Assembly (NCBI GenBank): GCA_965112155.1
Contig: OZ218098.1
Length of the DNA: 64,000 bases
Reading direction: 5' to 3' (one strand)
Origin: Podarcis liolepis
Taxonomy: Eukaryota
Of the stretch, positions 1 through 12,948 are shown piece by piece; position 1 is the stretch's first letter; the number at the start of each line of letters is the position of its first letter. A program made the position numbers and the translations under genes. The notes below the pieces were generated by a model that saw nothing but the letters and a program-made list of their open reading frames with translations, was not told the DNA's origin and ran no database searches.

Positions 1-520
1 CTAGAGAACTAGGCTGAGTGCCTCCCTATTTGGTATGTGTATTCAAGGCCACAAAGTGCAATTTAGTGACTGTTTCAGACACCACTGGGCAGGAGGGGAC
101 AAAGCTGTGGAACTGACATCCCAGCAGTGACAGCACTGCCTCTTATGTGGATGGTATGGGACTGGCACTCCTGCTACTGGGTTGATTAGTGGGGCAGTAT
201 TCCTGAACCCAATGTGTCATTGAGCAGAGTTTGCCAGAGGGAGAAGCAAGGCACCCAGAGGGTGGAAACATGGAAGAAGTGTTGGGCTACCGAGCAAACA
301 TGTGGGATATAAACAGGTTCCCATCGACATGGTTTTTATGCTTCTGCTCAAAACATTCCCCCTTTGAACATTTATGTATACTGCTGTTTCAATTGAAAAC
401 GTATATCTATTTTATCAGTCTATTTCTATGCTAATATTATCCATTTCGTCATAGACGTGAGTTTATACTATAAATAAGATTTCCGCCCCCCCCCCTTGTC
501 TTTCTCTCTTGTTTGATAAG

Positions 521-692
521 ATGGTAAAAATGCAGCGAATTCCAGGTCCTAAGGAGCCTGCTGAATTGACCTATTATACTATATACAATGGGAAACCTTT
601 GTTGGGCACTACAGCTGCCAAAATTTTGAGCACTGTTGATTCACAGAGGATGGCCTTGACACTGGGATATGTCGTTCAAGTACAAGCTGATC
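521..692 (+). CDS. KIAA1549L: KIAA1549L coding exon A (first in window; gene starts upstream): MVKMQRIPGPKEPAELTYYTIYNGKPLLGTTAAKILSTVDSQRMALTLGYVVQVQAD
   Basis: Pyrimidine tract + AG at 519-520, donor C|gtaagg at 693; 172 nt, ends in phase 1 and joins exon B as C|CT (Pro). Peptide matches recalled UPF0606/DUF3827 ectodomain of KIAA1549L. Confidence 0.92.
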
Positions 693-934
693 GTAAGGAT
701 TCTTTGCTTTTCTTTCAGATAGTTTATTATAATTATTATGATTGCCTATTATAATAAAATCAACATGGAGCATCCCATGTGGTGGCTTATCTACTTTGGT
801 CAGTAACTCTTGTAAATGCTGATTAGCTATGTTTTTCTCTGAATACTTTCTTATGTGCTTTATTAATATGTACCTTAAATGATAACAGAGCTCTCTGGGG
901 ATGTATATATATAATAGCTAAGGATCATCATCTA

Positions 935-1288
935 CAGTGGTGCCCCGCAAGACGAATGACTCGCAAGACGAAAAACTCGCTAGACGAAAGGGTTTTGCGG
1001 TTTTTGAGCTGCTTTGCAAGACGAATTTCCCTATGGGCTTGCTTCGCAAGACGAAAACGTCTTGCGTTTTTTGCAAGTTTGTTTCCTTTTTCTTAACACC
1101 GTTAATGCAGTTGCGACTTGACTTCGAGGAGCAACTCATAGAACGCGGTGTGGTAGCCTTTTTTGAGGTTTTTGGTGATTTTTGAAGCTTTTCCAAAACT
1201 TTTCCGACACCATACTTCGCAAGATGAAAAATTCGCTAGACGAAAAAACTCGCGGAACGAATTAATTTCGTCTTGCGAGGCACCACTG
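935..1288 (+). mobile_element. Tc1/mariner-superfamily (Tigger/pogo-like) MITE, family 1, copy 1 (divergent core)
   Basis: TA|CAGTGGTGCCCCGCAAGACGAA ... TTCGTCTTGCGAGGCACCACTG|TA; TA duplication; reiterated internal CGC(A/T)AGACG motif. Confidence 0.9.
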
Positions 1289-1824
1289 TATTCTAACTAA
1301 CTCTTCAGTGTTAAGGAGAGAACTAGAGCTAAAGGCATGATTTTAAAATAATATCACTTCTTTGCTTTTCATGGCTGCCAGAATATAGAATTTAAAAGAG
1401 ATATGTTCTGCTTTAGAATTGTTTCTCTATAGGCTGGTAGGAAACCATGTTTTCTGAAAGTCTACAAAGGCATTTGAGGTAATATCCCAACCCAACCCTG
1501 ACCAGATACTGCTTCATGGTCATTTTTTTACTTTACATAGTGAATGTAAAATATGAACTGGGTTGGAAGTCTTGATCTGGACGCAGTCCGGCAGTTTTCT
1601 AACTCTTCTCTGATTCCCACCCCCAATAACCAGCATCAATTGGAGGAAGCAGAGCATGCTAAATACTTGCATAAATATTTAAGTGGGGCATTTGTTGCTG
1701 CTTCATACACATCCCATTAGAATTAATGGACATCAAACAGCAGTGGCATGGGCTGGTTGCTTCCTGTGCTGTAAGCAGTCTGTATCAATCTTTTCATTTT
1801 AGCTACTGTATTTAAAATGATTTT

Positions 1825-2183
1825 CCTGGTTCACACATGTCATTATGGCAAACCGTGGCTTAGAACAAAGTTATGGCCACTTTGCGCCTTGACAGTTATT
1901 CTGTTTCTGCGTTGAGACTAAGTCATGGTCTGACTTTGTGTGTTGGCCAAACTTGAGCTCATGGTTTAGCATTCGCAGAATAACCAAGATCCACAAATGA
2001 TAGGATAAATCTTGTTGGCAGCTTGCAGTTAGCCTGGAGTTAGCTAAACAATGACCTGAGTTTGGACAATATAGCATAGCAGCAAATCAACCTATGAGGA
2101 GTAAAGCAGCCACAATCTCCTGTTTTGGAGCTCATTCATTTGTGCTAAGCCATGGTTTTGCTTAGTGTGATGTGCAAACCAGG
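1825..2183. mobile_element. Old MITE with ~45-bp imperfect TIRs (Harbinger-like); related fragments near 40200-40500 and 42330-42500
   Basis: cctggttcacacatgtcattatggcaaaccgtggcttagaacaaa vs reverse complement of right end cctggtttgcacatcacactaagcaaaaccatggcttagcacaaa. Confidence 0.6.
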
Positions 2184-3841
2184 CCTATGTTATTTATGTT
2201 AGAGCTTAGCTTTTTCCTGCGATTAACAGTTTTCTCAAATCAGTGAATGACAACTCTTAAGTGTCCACAAGTATACATTCTGATATAAGTGTAGATCAAT
2301 ATATTGACTGCTCACAAACTATTTTTTTTTGCATAAAAAATTCTTTATGGAAATTCATTAGCATCATTACAGATGTAACTTCACACATTCACATACATAC
2401 TTACAAAGAAAAGAATATTCTTAAATTATTTTACCATAAGATATTAATTTAAACTTCTAATTCCGCTTAGATTTCAACTAAGCTAAGATCAAATAATAAT
2501 ACATAAAATAAAGTAAGATACAACAAAGTAAATTAAATTAAATGTAGACTTCCCATCATTTCCCCATATAGTTGTCATTTATGATTTTGAATGTACTTAC
2601 AACTATTACCTTACTCTTAATATACTTTCTAATACTTTCTTACAACATATCGTACCGATTTTTCTTTAATAAAGAAATAAAGAGACAAACTAATCATATA
2701 ATTGTAGAATGTAGTCACAGTGGACCATTAGCCCCAAGTAACTAGTAGGTTTATTATAATTATTATTGACAATATGGAGAAAAGAACCTGTCATAGTTGA
2801 TCATAAAGGACCAGTATGCATGTGTGACTCCAAATGGCAACCAAATACTGAAATCCATCCTCCCCTTCTGGTTATAATTTTTCATTTATTAAATTGGATA
2901 TTCGCCTAATGCTGCAGTCTCTGGCAATGTCCAAAAGAATGTTAAAAAGATCACTTATCATTTCTTCTGTAGAGCAGATACCTTGTCGATTGAAGTTTAA
3001 ATATTAATTGTTCATATTCAGCTTTGTCATGGCTGAAATTACACAGGATATTCACAAATAAAGTGAAAATTAAAAAATACAATTTCCATCAGACTGTTCA
3101 AATATTGGATATTATATAAATTCTTAATTATTTACAGTGATTATGATATCTTTTGGCTAATTCTGGAAATATTAATATTACATTGTTGATTTTAAGTATT
3201 GCTCCAGATGGAAATAGACCTGCACCTCTTTCCAACTTCTAGTTACTTAAGTGTTATTTTACTAATCATTCATTTATAAATATTATGGTTTGAGTGTTAT
3301 GGAAGAAAGCAAGGCATTCAATTAGTAGTTTTTAAGTGCTTGTATGGTGCATGGTGGAGTGGGAAAGGTAACCTCTGCCATAACTGATAAGAATTAGAGC
3401 TACAGCTTAAATAACCCATTTATTATCTTGGGTGAAGTGGGACATTGGAAGCTACTTATACCAAGCTGTACAATTTGTCCATTGAATTCAGTATTATCAA
3501 AAGTGATTGGCAGGGGCTTGTCAAATGAAACTTTTGCCTGCAGAATATGTGATTTACCACTGAACTCTAGCTTTCCCCCTAAGTGACATTGCCCTGATAT
3601 TTCTCCCATAATAAGCCAAGTCACTCTCTGCACCGTTTTTCACCATAGCTGATAGTAATGGTTGTCCTCCATAGGTTGTGGTAGAGCACAGTTCACATGC
3701 TTGAACGGTTGGGGAAAATATCTGCCTACGTGAGACTTTCTGAGAGCTCCTGCCAAGAGCAAACAGTACTGGACTTGCTGGTCTGACTCATTATAAGATT
3801 GCTTTATAAGTTTACTTTCTCTCCTTCTTTATTATATACAG

Positions 3842-4005
3842 CTGTGGTAAAAAACCCACCCAACAACCTATGGATCATTGCTGCAGTGTTGGCTCCCATT
3901 GCTGTGGTTACAGTCATCATCATCATTATCACGGCAGTTCTGTGCAGGAAGAACAAAAATGACTTCAAGGGAGACACCATGATGAACCTACCACAGAGAG
4001 CCAAA
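3842..4005 (+). CDS. KIAA1549L: KIAA1549L exon B, transmembrane exon: (P)VVKNPPNNLWIIAAVLAPIAVVTVIIIIITAVLCRKNKNDFKGDTMMNLPQRAK
   Basis: Acceptor tatacag|, donor AAA|gtaagt; 164 nt, phase 1->0; hydrophobic helix followed by basic stop-transfer RKNK. Confidence 0.95.
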
Positions 4006-4737
4006 GTAAGTAATTTTCATCCCAGGCTCAGGAATGGGAATTTCTTCTTCAGTGTTACATTCTCCATCATTCTGTACTTGAAGAACAAGATTGTGCTCTC
4101 TTTGGACAGATTTTACTAAACCAGTAAGACAATAAATACTCTGTGCTCAGAGACAGAATGAAGCCGTTCCCATTTATAGGCTTCCACCCAAGTGCAAGGC
4201 AATCTTTATAGTGTAAGTCCCTGTGAAACGGAGGAAGTACTAGCTGCTTAATGTGTCTTCAGAATAACCTTTAAAAAACCCTTTTTTCAACCATACAGGT
4301 TGAGCAGACATTATTGGGAGGAGGGTTAGAAGGGAGTACTGAATAGAATATGTGATTCACAGCAATATGCTTCCTGATAACTGCTACTGTTCAGTTCTTT
4401 TTGCCAGGGAGTCTAAAAAGGCCATTATCAGGTGTTTGAAACACTCTATTAACTTACTAGTGCCTCATGACCATAATAGAACAGCATGGTTGAAATAATA
4501 GATATTCACCAGTTGTGCCTGCATGCCAAAGAAAGAAACGATCTAGCTCTTACCAGGTCAAAGTGGTGAATAAAATATCCTGATCAATATCAATCACTAC
4601 TTCTAAGTTTTGTAGAAGTTTTTATTCTAGATACTAGGTACTAGTCACATCTAAAAGGGAAAGCAAGACAATCATTTAAGAAAAATATAGAAACCTTATT
4701 AAAATGTTATGAAATAAAAAAATAAAAATAAACAGTA

Positions 4738-4977
4738 CATTCAACTCTTATCTTACGCGATGGTTATGTTTCAAGGATAGTGCATAAAGCCAAAATGGTG
4801 CATAGTCAAAACACACTCTCCCTGCACTTTTGAATGCATGCTCAAGGTGAATGCAATGGCAGGTGGAATTGCTTATATCCCCCCACTGGATGCCTGCTCC
4901 CCTTTTAATTTTTTTTCAGCCAAGTGAATAAAGCTGAATTCACACAAGCTAAATGAGCCTAAGTTGCGGGTGGACTA
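4738..4977. mobile_element. Old, degenerate Tigger-like MITE
   Basis: Decayed inverted ends (tacattcaactcttatctta vs reverse complement tatagtccacccgcaactta, 13/20 matches) with TA-like flanks. Confidence 0.35.
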
Positions 4978-7900
4978 TATACATTAATAGTTTGTCTCTT
5001 TCCTGATTTTGATAATAAAATCATATCAATTTTATACAGTTTAAATGCAGAAATAGCAAAAATGGATAGCACACCCAGGTGTCACAATTTCTTTTTTTTT
5101 TATTTTGAAATGGCCAGAAATATGATTGGAGTCAAAAATCTGAGCTACATGCTTTTTTGTAGAACAGATTCATAAGTAGTGAAGCAAACAATAGGGAAAT
5201 CCTCAACATTTTTTACCTCCATTTGGCTGAACTGAAACTGGAGGTTGAAAGTTCATAGGAAGCAGCAGGTTTCTGCCTCAAGTGGTGCTACCTCACCTGA
5301 GTCTGAAAATAGATTGCAGTTGTTGTGTTCTAGGAAAGCTTATTGTTTCCTGGATGGTTCTTAGGGGCTTGTCATTGAGAAGATCCTTGATGACAGATAA
5401 GCTTTCATGAAACATCTGCCTATGGTTTGTTTGTTTGTTTGTTTACTTATTTATTTGAATGTATCTATTTATTGAATTTCCAAATTGTCCAATGACAGAA
5501 ATTCTCTGGGTAGTTCTCAGTACGTATAAAAATAGAAAATAATGCATACTTATGAAATATGAACGGTACAATATAAAGCCGGAATAAAAATACAATGACA
5601 GATGAAACAGCAGTGCAAAAGGTATAAACCCCACACATGCACATGCACACACACATAAATCTACGGAACACTGAAGCACTTTCCTAAAAGGCCTGGCAAC
5701 GCAACAGAAAAACTACAGTGTTGGCACCAAGTGAGTCTCTCTAAGGAGAGCATTCCACATTCAGTGTTGGAATGTGTTTGAGTTTACTTGGTGAAGTTGA
5801 AGATGTCTTGCCAGCAACAAGAAGTGCTTGTATGGCCTTGAATGTTATCTGGAGTCTTCAGATTCAGCTTTGGGAACCTTCTTTTCTTCTCTCTCAGCAC
5901 CATGGTCCCCCTCCAAACAATCGCCTCTTCCCTGCGGCTAAAGTTTACTCTTGAAAAACAGCAGATGATCCTCTGGGTACATATCCTGGCTTACATCTAG
6001 TTTGCTCTTTACTTCATTACTCTGGCCAGCTTCTGTACAGTTCGGAATTCTGTGGGTTAGTAAAGGCTCTTGCCATGAATATAAAATTTGGATAGTATAA
6101 TTAAAGGAACATTTGTGCACAGGGATAAGAGGATAAAGGTCCTTCCTGTTTTTGATTTATGTGCTCTAGTGTAAAATGTTTGATTAATGAAATTAGAAGA
6201 ACATTTTGTTTTCATTTTAGCCTGCCTGGAGTTTTGGTCTGTCAGGCATAACAGTAATCGTAATTGCTAGCAAATTATTAAGCGTAAAATCTTGGCAATG
6301 CAAATAGTTGCCAGTAATATGTGCTGAGTGTATTTAAATAGACTGTGTGTTGTTTCTCTAGTTGCAAAAATGCCTGAAACTACTTGAGCACTGCAAGCCT
6401 TCTGGATGAAAAATCTGTTCTGTGAATATGGCTGAAGTGGTTTGTTTATTAAAATTATGCTTATGAAATGACGTTATAATCTGTGTATATTTAAAATCTA
6501 TTGATTAGGACGGCTGCTGCTGAGGGTAATTTGTGAGCCTTTGCTCTGCAAAATATAATGTTTCAAGCCTTCTGAAAAGGAACCTTCTTGGCTTGCTGCT
6601 TTTATTCTTGTGGAGTGTTTCTATTTTATTTGCTCTGCTCTGCTTGCTTTGATTTCACATATCAAGGGGGAACAAGGAGAGTGGAACTGCATAATCAGTG
6701 CTGCAGTCCTGCTGCTGCTAAGAGACTCCTATGCACTGCAGCTCTTTGCACAGAAGGGCTGCCTGCTGGACCACCTTTTAGAACTCTCCCTTTGTGAATG
6801 GAACTAAGCGAATTATTGAAAGGATAGAGGGGTAATGAATCCTTTGGCATTAAATGTTACAATGTGCAGCAGGTGAGGGAAGAGATTTGGTGTGCCCCCC
6901 CAGGCCGTCCTGTTAAGGACAGCTCTTTAAAGGAAGCTGGGCAAATTGAATGTACTCGGAAAAGATCAAGTCTAGGATCTTGAGAGTTCCTAAATCCTTT
7001 TGTCATTCTTGATTGCTTTAACAATAAGGATGGTCTGTACTACACTTACAGACATTTGTGTCAACTGAGTTCAACCAAAAAGAAAAGTGGGGGAAGTGAG
7101 GTTTTTGGCACAAGAAGTGAATGAATGCACATAAGCATGCTCTCCAAAATAAGGGCATCTGTCCTTGTTAAACTTATGAGGGTTTTTTGCCTGATAGAAA
7201 CTGAAATACATTGCAAGGGTTGACTATTGAATGTGTTGGATTTCAGCTACATTATTTTATGTTTTGATGTGGAGGCTATCTGTGTTAAATCTCTGTTCAT
7301 TTTAATTCATTGCATGATTTTAGAGAATTTAGTGATTTTATATCTGAAGGGCAAGGAAAGTCAGGTGTATGTACCCTGTACCCTGCGCTCTTATGACAGA
7401 TAATGTGTGCCTGTTGGCTTAAATGTTGCTGTTAAAGTAATTAAATGAGTACATTTCTGTAGAGTTCCATTGCAAGGGCATTTGCATACTTTTATGTTCA
7501 CAGAACTGTTCATCTGACAGTATTCAGTCAGCTTCAGTTCTCTACTGTGATATGAAATTACAATGCTGAAATGATTTTTGTGGTTTATTTCTGGAGTTCA
7601 CACATTTCCTCCCCATTACTGTATTCCTGTGTAGCTGTTGCCAGAATGGAATAAACAGTTTTGCCAAGTAAACCACAGAAGTAGATTGAAGCTCCACCCT
7701 AATTAGGTCTCTAATGTGAAGTCCTTTATTATTCAGGAGCTTCTTAGTGTCAGAAGCTTGCCCCCCTTACTTTTATGTCAGATTATTATACTATTATTAT
7801 TTTAAAAAATAATAATCCCCACAGTCCAGAATATAGTGTGAAAGTATATGATAGGGAGGATGTATAGTGGCACTGAAAGCAGCTACCCTGTGAGGATCTC

Positions 7901-8695
7901 CTTCTCTCCTGGCAAATCTCAATATGCAACGTGATGTCTAGTGTTGAGAATCCCTACACTCTGCAAACAGGAGTCTGTGAGCTAGAATTGAAGACATGCT
8001 CAACACAATTATGTCATTGGGGGAGGGGGCAGTCTACTTTTAACATTATTGTTGACACCTGTCAGTCTCAAGGAGTGCGCCTTTGTGGGTGAAGCCAAAC
8101 CGTTGGAGGTTTACAGCGCCTGCTGTGGCTGTAGAGACCAATACTGGAGAGACATGTTTCATTGCAGAAATTAGAGTGGCTAAAAAATAAGGATAAAGGG
8201 TTTCATTGCACAGTTGGCAACATATTGATTGCTTTCTGACAGGTGAATTTAAAAACCTTTAATTTGTATAAAAAATGTTCTGTGCATTAAAAGTTGAAAG
8301 AAGGTGAGAAACGTTATTTTTCAGTGTCTTACTTCATTTTGAGAAAGAAAAACCTATCCTCCCCCCAATGGCATGCCATTGAATGTGCCTCTTGAATGCC
8401 CATGCTGCAACCAGGGTCTTTGTTTTTGTTTTTATAGAATATTCAGGTTCATTGGAAACCTGTGATTTGTGATAGGAATGAAAAAACACTTGACAGGTTT
8501 GACTCTAAAATAGCTCTGCTTATTGATTGTTTCAGTCAAAATGTCACAACGGATTCATCAAGTGTTGTCCTCATTGCCCTCTACGTGTTTTAACAATTTC
8601 CCCTAAGATGGAACTGGAGCTTTTCCTTCAAATGGCTCTGACAACAGAAGTGTCACTGGAATGTTCTTCTAGCTCGGTTTATGTGAAACATTGTA

Positions 8696-8999
8696 CAGTG
8701 GTGCCTCGCAAGACGAAATTAATCCGTTCCGCAAGTCTCTTCGTCTTGCGGTTTTTTCGTCTTGCGAAGCACAGCTATTAGCGGCTTAGCGGCTATTAAC
8801 GGCTTAGCGGCTTAGCGGCTATTAACGGCTTAGCGGCTTTAAGAAAAAGGAAACAAACTCGCAAGAACTCGCAAGACGTTTGTCTTGCGAAGCAAGCCCA
8901 TAGGGAAATTCGTTTTGCGGAACGACTCAAAAAACGGAAAACTCTTTCGTCTTGCGCGTTTTTCATCTTGCGAGGCATTCGTCTTGCGAGGTACCACTG
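8696..8999 (-). mobile_element. Tigger/pogo-like MITE family 1, copy 2
   Basis: Same TIRs, TA on both sides, opposite orientation to copy 1; central TTAGCGGC/TATTAACGGC repeats. Confidence 0.9.
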
Positions 9000-9325
9000 T
9001 AATAGGGTTTCACATTGGTGATGGAGGACAGTCCAAAATTGGAAATAAGATTTGAATATCTAATGTCATAGGTCTGCCTCCTGAAGCCGTTTCAGATGGG
9101 ACTGAAACTCTCCATATTCTGGACCAATCTGAAATTAATCCATTTTATGTCTCTAATATGAGCCATCTATGCTTCCCACTATCCCTAGCAGAAAGGCAGA
9201 AGGGCAGACCCATGGCAGCCATAAGGCCTCAGGCTAAGTATCTATACTCTCTTCCAGTATTTATGGCTGCTGTGATTCATCCATTTCAAAGTACATTGAA
9301 GTGACCCCACTCAGTCAGAATTCAA

Positions 9326-9361
9326 GTATGTATGTATGTATGTATGTATGTATGTATGTAT
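9326..9361. repeat. (GTAT)9 microsatellite
   Basis: Read directly. Confidence 0.95.
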
Positions 9362-9891
9362 AAAATACAACATACGTAAGTTTAGAGATGGTATACCTGT
9401 GAAATGTTGCATGCATCAGTTGAATGTAATTGATCGTCACAAATTACAAAAGTGGAGTTATTGTTTTCACGAAGCAGGTTGTGCTCTGCATAGTAGACAA
9501 TTTCAGCCCATCTGTAAAGTTTAAAAATGGATATGTTCCAGCAAGTTGCTAATACAAAAGGCCTGAAACATGATTTTATTGTTTTGGCATGCCATTTAAT
9601 GTCACATTTGTTCCTTTATATTTTGGAGTAACACAAGGGTACAGCTTAATATTTCAAAACCATTTTGTTCTGGGTGATATAAGCAACAGTGTTTGAAGAA
9701 GACACTGATTTCATCAAGGTCAGAGTATCTCCCACTGCATTTCCATCTTATATCTTTGGGGGATTGCTGTGTCTGTCTAAGAAACATTGGACTTTTTTAT
9801 GTAGAAAAAATCTCCTGTTGACCTGATATGACTTGTGAAGCAGACAATAAGCTGGTACATTTTCTGTTTCCTTCTTCTTTCCCATATTCTG

Positions 9892-9893
<2 letters not shown>

Positions 9894-9960
<67 letters not shown>
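9894..9960. repeat. (CT)n microsatellite with one interruption
   Basis: Read directly. Confidence 0.95.
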
Positions 9961-10553
9961 TATGGATTTGATTCCAATAAATCATTTGTCTGCTTAAAAA
10001 TAGAGCCATTCTAAACATTGTTTCTCTGTAGTTTGAAGCCCCTTTTTTTACTCTAAGCTGCTGCAAATTCTTGGTGCAATGTTCTTCCTCCATTGACCTC
10101 ACAGCTTAATTGGCCTACACTGCTATTAAATTCTGTTGGCTGTGGCAGCCACCTTATCATCCATGATTATCCATGTCATGGATGCCTGTAAACAAAACTA
10201 CATGGGTCACCACAGCCAAAGAAGAAAGAAGGAAATGCCACCAAGGAGAATAGTATTGGGATGAGACACATGGGTTTGCAACAAGTGCCAAAACATGGAT
10301 GATGCTTTCAGAATCACAAAAAGGAGTTCTAAAGAAGGCATGTACTTTAGACTCAACAGTAAAATACTTAAAAACGAATGCAGCTACTTTCCCATTAATT
10401 CTGTTTCCACAAAAGCATTAATAAATATGAGTAGTTTTCCCTTCACTCTTAGGTACATACAATGTGCATCTCTGGCTAAATCTTGAATTGTACAATTAAA
10501 AATGTATTAAATGTATATCTGATTCAGAACTCCTTTGTTTTCTGTACCTGCAG

Positions 10554-10744
10554 CCAGTCCAAGGATTTGACTATGCCAAGCAACATTTGGGCCAACAGGG
10601 AGCTGAAGATGAGGTTTTGCCTGTAACCCAAGAGACTGTAGTATTGCCGCTTCCAGTGAGAGATGCTCCTGCCTCTCAGGAGAGGGAAATTATTCAGGAT
10701 GGAAGCACTGCTAAAATTGCAAAGTCCAATGACACAAGAAAGAG
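10554..10744 (+). CDS. KIAA1549L: KIAA1549L exon C: PVQGFDYAKQHLGQQGAEDEVLPVTQETVVLPLPVRDAPASQEREIIQDGSTAKIAKSNDTRK
   Basis: Acceptor tttctgtacctgcag|, donor GAG|gtaagt; 191 nt, phase 0->2; family motif GFDYAKQHLGQ. Absent from the ORF track. Confidence 0.94.
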
Positions 10745-10832
10745 GTAAGTATTAACAGCAGAAGAAACACCCTGGTAATTCGAAACTACTGTGGAATTTA
10801 CAACCATTACAGTGCCTATATAATGGTCTTTC

Positions 10833-10854
10833 GTGTGTGTGTGTGTGTGTGTGT
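10833..10854. repeat. (GT)11 microsatellite, ~90 bp downstream of exon C
   Basis: Read directly. Confidence 0.95.
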
Positions 10855-12948
10855 AGAGATATTGGAGCCAGAGTGATGGACTGCTATATTGATTAGCTAG
10901 GCTTCCTACAGAAAATATTACTATTATAATATATTTTTGCAAGTTCTTCTTGTTCGAGGGATATTGGTGAATGAAAAGTGACTTTCTACATTTTGTTAGG
11001 TGGCCTTCCATTTTATATAACCACTTACCTGCCTTGCTCAATTTTTTTGTTCTCAATTGTTTGTTTGCTTAGTACAAATGATAAACTGAAACTTAAGTCA
11101 AATAAGATGGATATGGTTCATTAGCCCAGGGACATGGAATTGCTCTATCCTCTAATGGAGCAGTTTCACAGGTTGGGAGTCAACTAGTGAGTCCTGTCAG
11201 CGAAAGCCCTGTACAGGGACTTCTGCTTGCACAATGCAATGTTCTTCCTCTCCTCCACTGGTGTCTCCTGAGAGTGGCTCTGGGGGGAGGGGACAGAAGA
11301 ACCCCTGGAGCAGTGCACCATTGTGGGCAAGGGGGGGGGGGTATAACCTTACTTTTAAGCCAAATACTTGCCCTGAAGGAACAATCGCCTAGGCGTGACA
11401 CTGAATTCCTCCCACAGTTTGTGAGTTCTCCTAGATCCACCTTTATCATTGGAGACATTCTTTGGATTTTCCTCCTCAGATGCCAGACTTGTCTTCAGTC
11501 ACCTCAGGCTTCTCTGCATTGTCAGAAAGATGAATATTTGGAGATAACATAGTTTCCGCAATAGAGATGTAAGAGATTTGATTTGTTTTTATTTTATCAT
11601 GGCAATTTACAAGAGTAATGCAACCAAAATTATAGGTCCATTTCCTGAGGATCTTGCGAACTCAGTTTCAGCATCTCAAGGGAAGGAGGTCCAAGTGTAA
11701 CATACAGAGAATGTGCAGAAGTATTATTAATTTATTTACCGTTTTATGCCCAGATAGTTTCTCTACTCAAACTTCAGATTTATTTCAGTAAGGGTGAGGA
11801 CTTAAAGTGGGTGGGGGGAAGACTGCAGAAAATATAGACTTAAAAGGATCTTAAGAGAGAGTTTTGCTAAGCTAAATGGAGCTCCTCCGAAGGACCTGCT
11901 TATTGAACATTTATCCTGATTTGCTTGCACAAAGCTTACACAGAGGTTAGATTATATCCACTCTTTATTACACATTCATTCTGCATTTTTTGAGGGGCAG
12001 TTACACTACAGCGAGCATTCATCTTGATTTGTTTGTGTGGTGTTTACATTTCCTCCCGATAGCCATTAATCCACACCTTTTCAATGAATTTACCTGTCAC
12101 TTTCCAACTGAAATAGACAGGGTTTTTTTAATTAGTGAAGTAGTTCTGCCGGGGCAACAGAGCAGTTTAATCCTCCTTAAATGTGCAGACCTAAAGTTCT
12201 GGTATGCGGCTGAATCAGTCCCATGATGCCTTGGAGGTGCTGCAGATAATTACTGCATCAGTTCTAACCACAGACTTGAGGCTACCTAACAGCTGTAGAA
12301 ATTGTTTACTTTCTGTCAGACCAAAGATTCTTTAATTATAAAGATAAACTTGTCTTATAATTATTTGAAAATGCCCTTGTCTTATGCTCTGACAGTGATT
12401 GCTCCTTGACTTGACAGTAGATTACCAGAACTTGTTGCAATGAAGGAGTCGTTGTTGATTTGCTTCCTTCCTTCTGATATCAATACTACTAAGGGAAGCT
12501 ATCTCATATTACATTTGCATTTGTAATAGTACTACCAAGTTTCCCTTTAAAAATAGCATCCTTATAATTTATCACCTAAGCCTTTTGCTAAAACAGTTAG
12601 AACTGCATCTCACATCACACTTAAAAGACATAGATATGGGAACTTGAAGCTCTCCCTAACAGCCTTACAAAACTTGAGGAGTCTAATGTTCTACAAGACT
12701 AGGAAGGGGAGAGACACACCAGCTGTGACTTATTGCCACCCTCCTTTTCTTTTGTGTTTATTGTTTACTGTGTTGCTTCTGTGGACAAGGAAGGGGGAAG
12801 GGTTTTTTGTTTTTGTTTTTTGCTGTGGATGCTTGTGGGTTAGATTAGAAGGGGTTGGTTGCTGTATTCTCTTGTTAGCTTTATTGTTCAAAAATATGTG
12901 TGCATAAAACTAACCCATACAGAATATGCATACAAGCCTTTAGTTGTG

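Noticed and set aside
918-1196. Recurrent similar ORFs (MVPRKTN.../RKTENSLDE...) at 918, 937, 8796, 27348-27695 and 54253-54729 as a small gene family
   Set aside because: They are chance frames through the non-coding MITE family; frames are not conserved between copies.
2320-3330. Possible L1-like LINE remnant (also about 56550-57200)
   Set aside because: T-run and AT-rich, ORF-like texture only; no motif I could identify with confidence.
7635-7667. 33-nt in-frame exon-like segment (LLPEWNKQFCQ)
   Set aside because: Weak donor (CAA|gtaaac) and modest acceptor; expected by chance in a 6.5-kb intron.
8774-8839. Interstitial telomere repeat
   Set aside because: Units are TTAGCGG(C/A), not TTAGGG, and occur only inside the MITE.
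9797-10102. ORF with RERERE repeat
   Set aside because: Translation of the (CT)n microsatellite on the minus strand.
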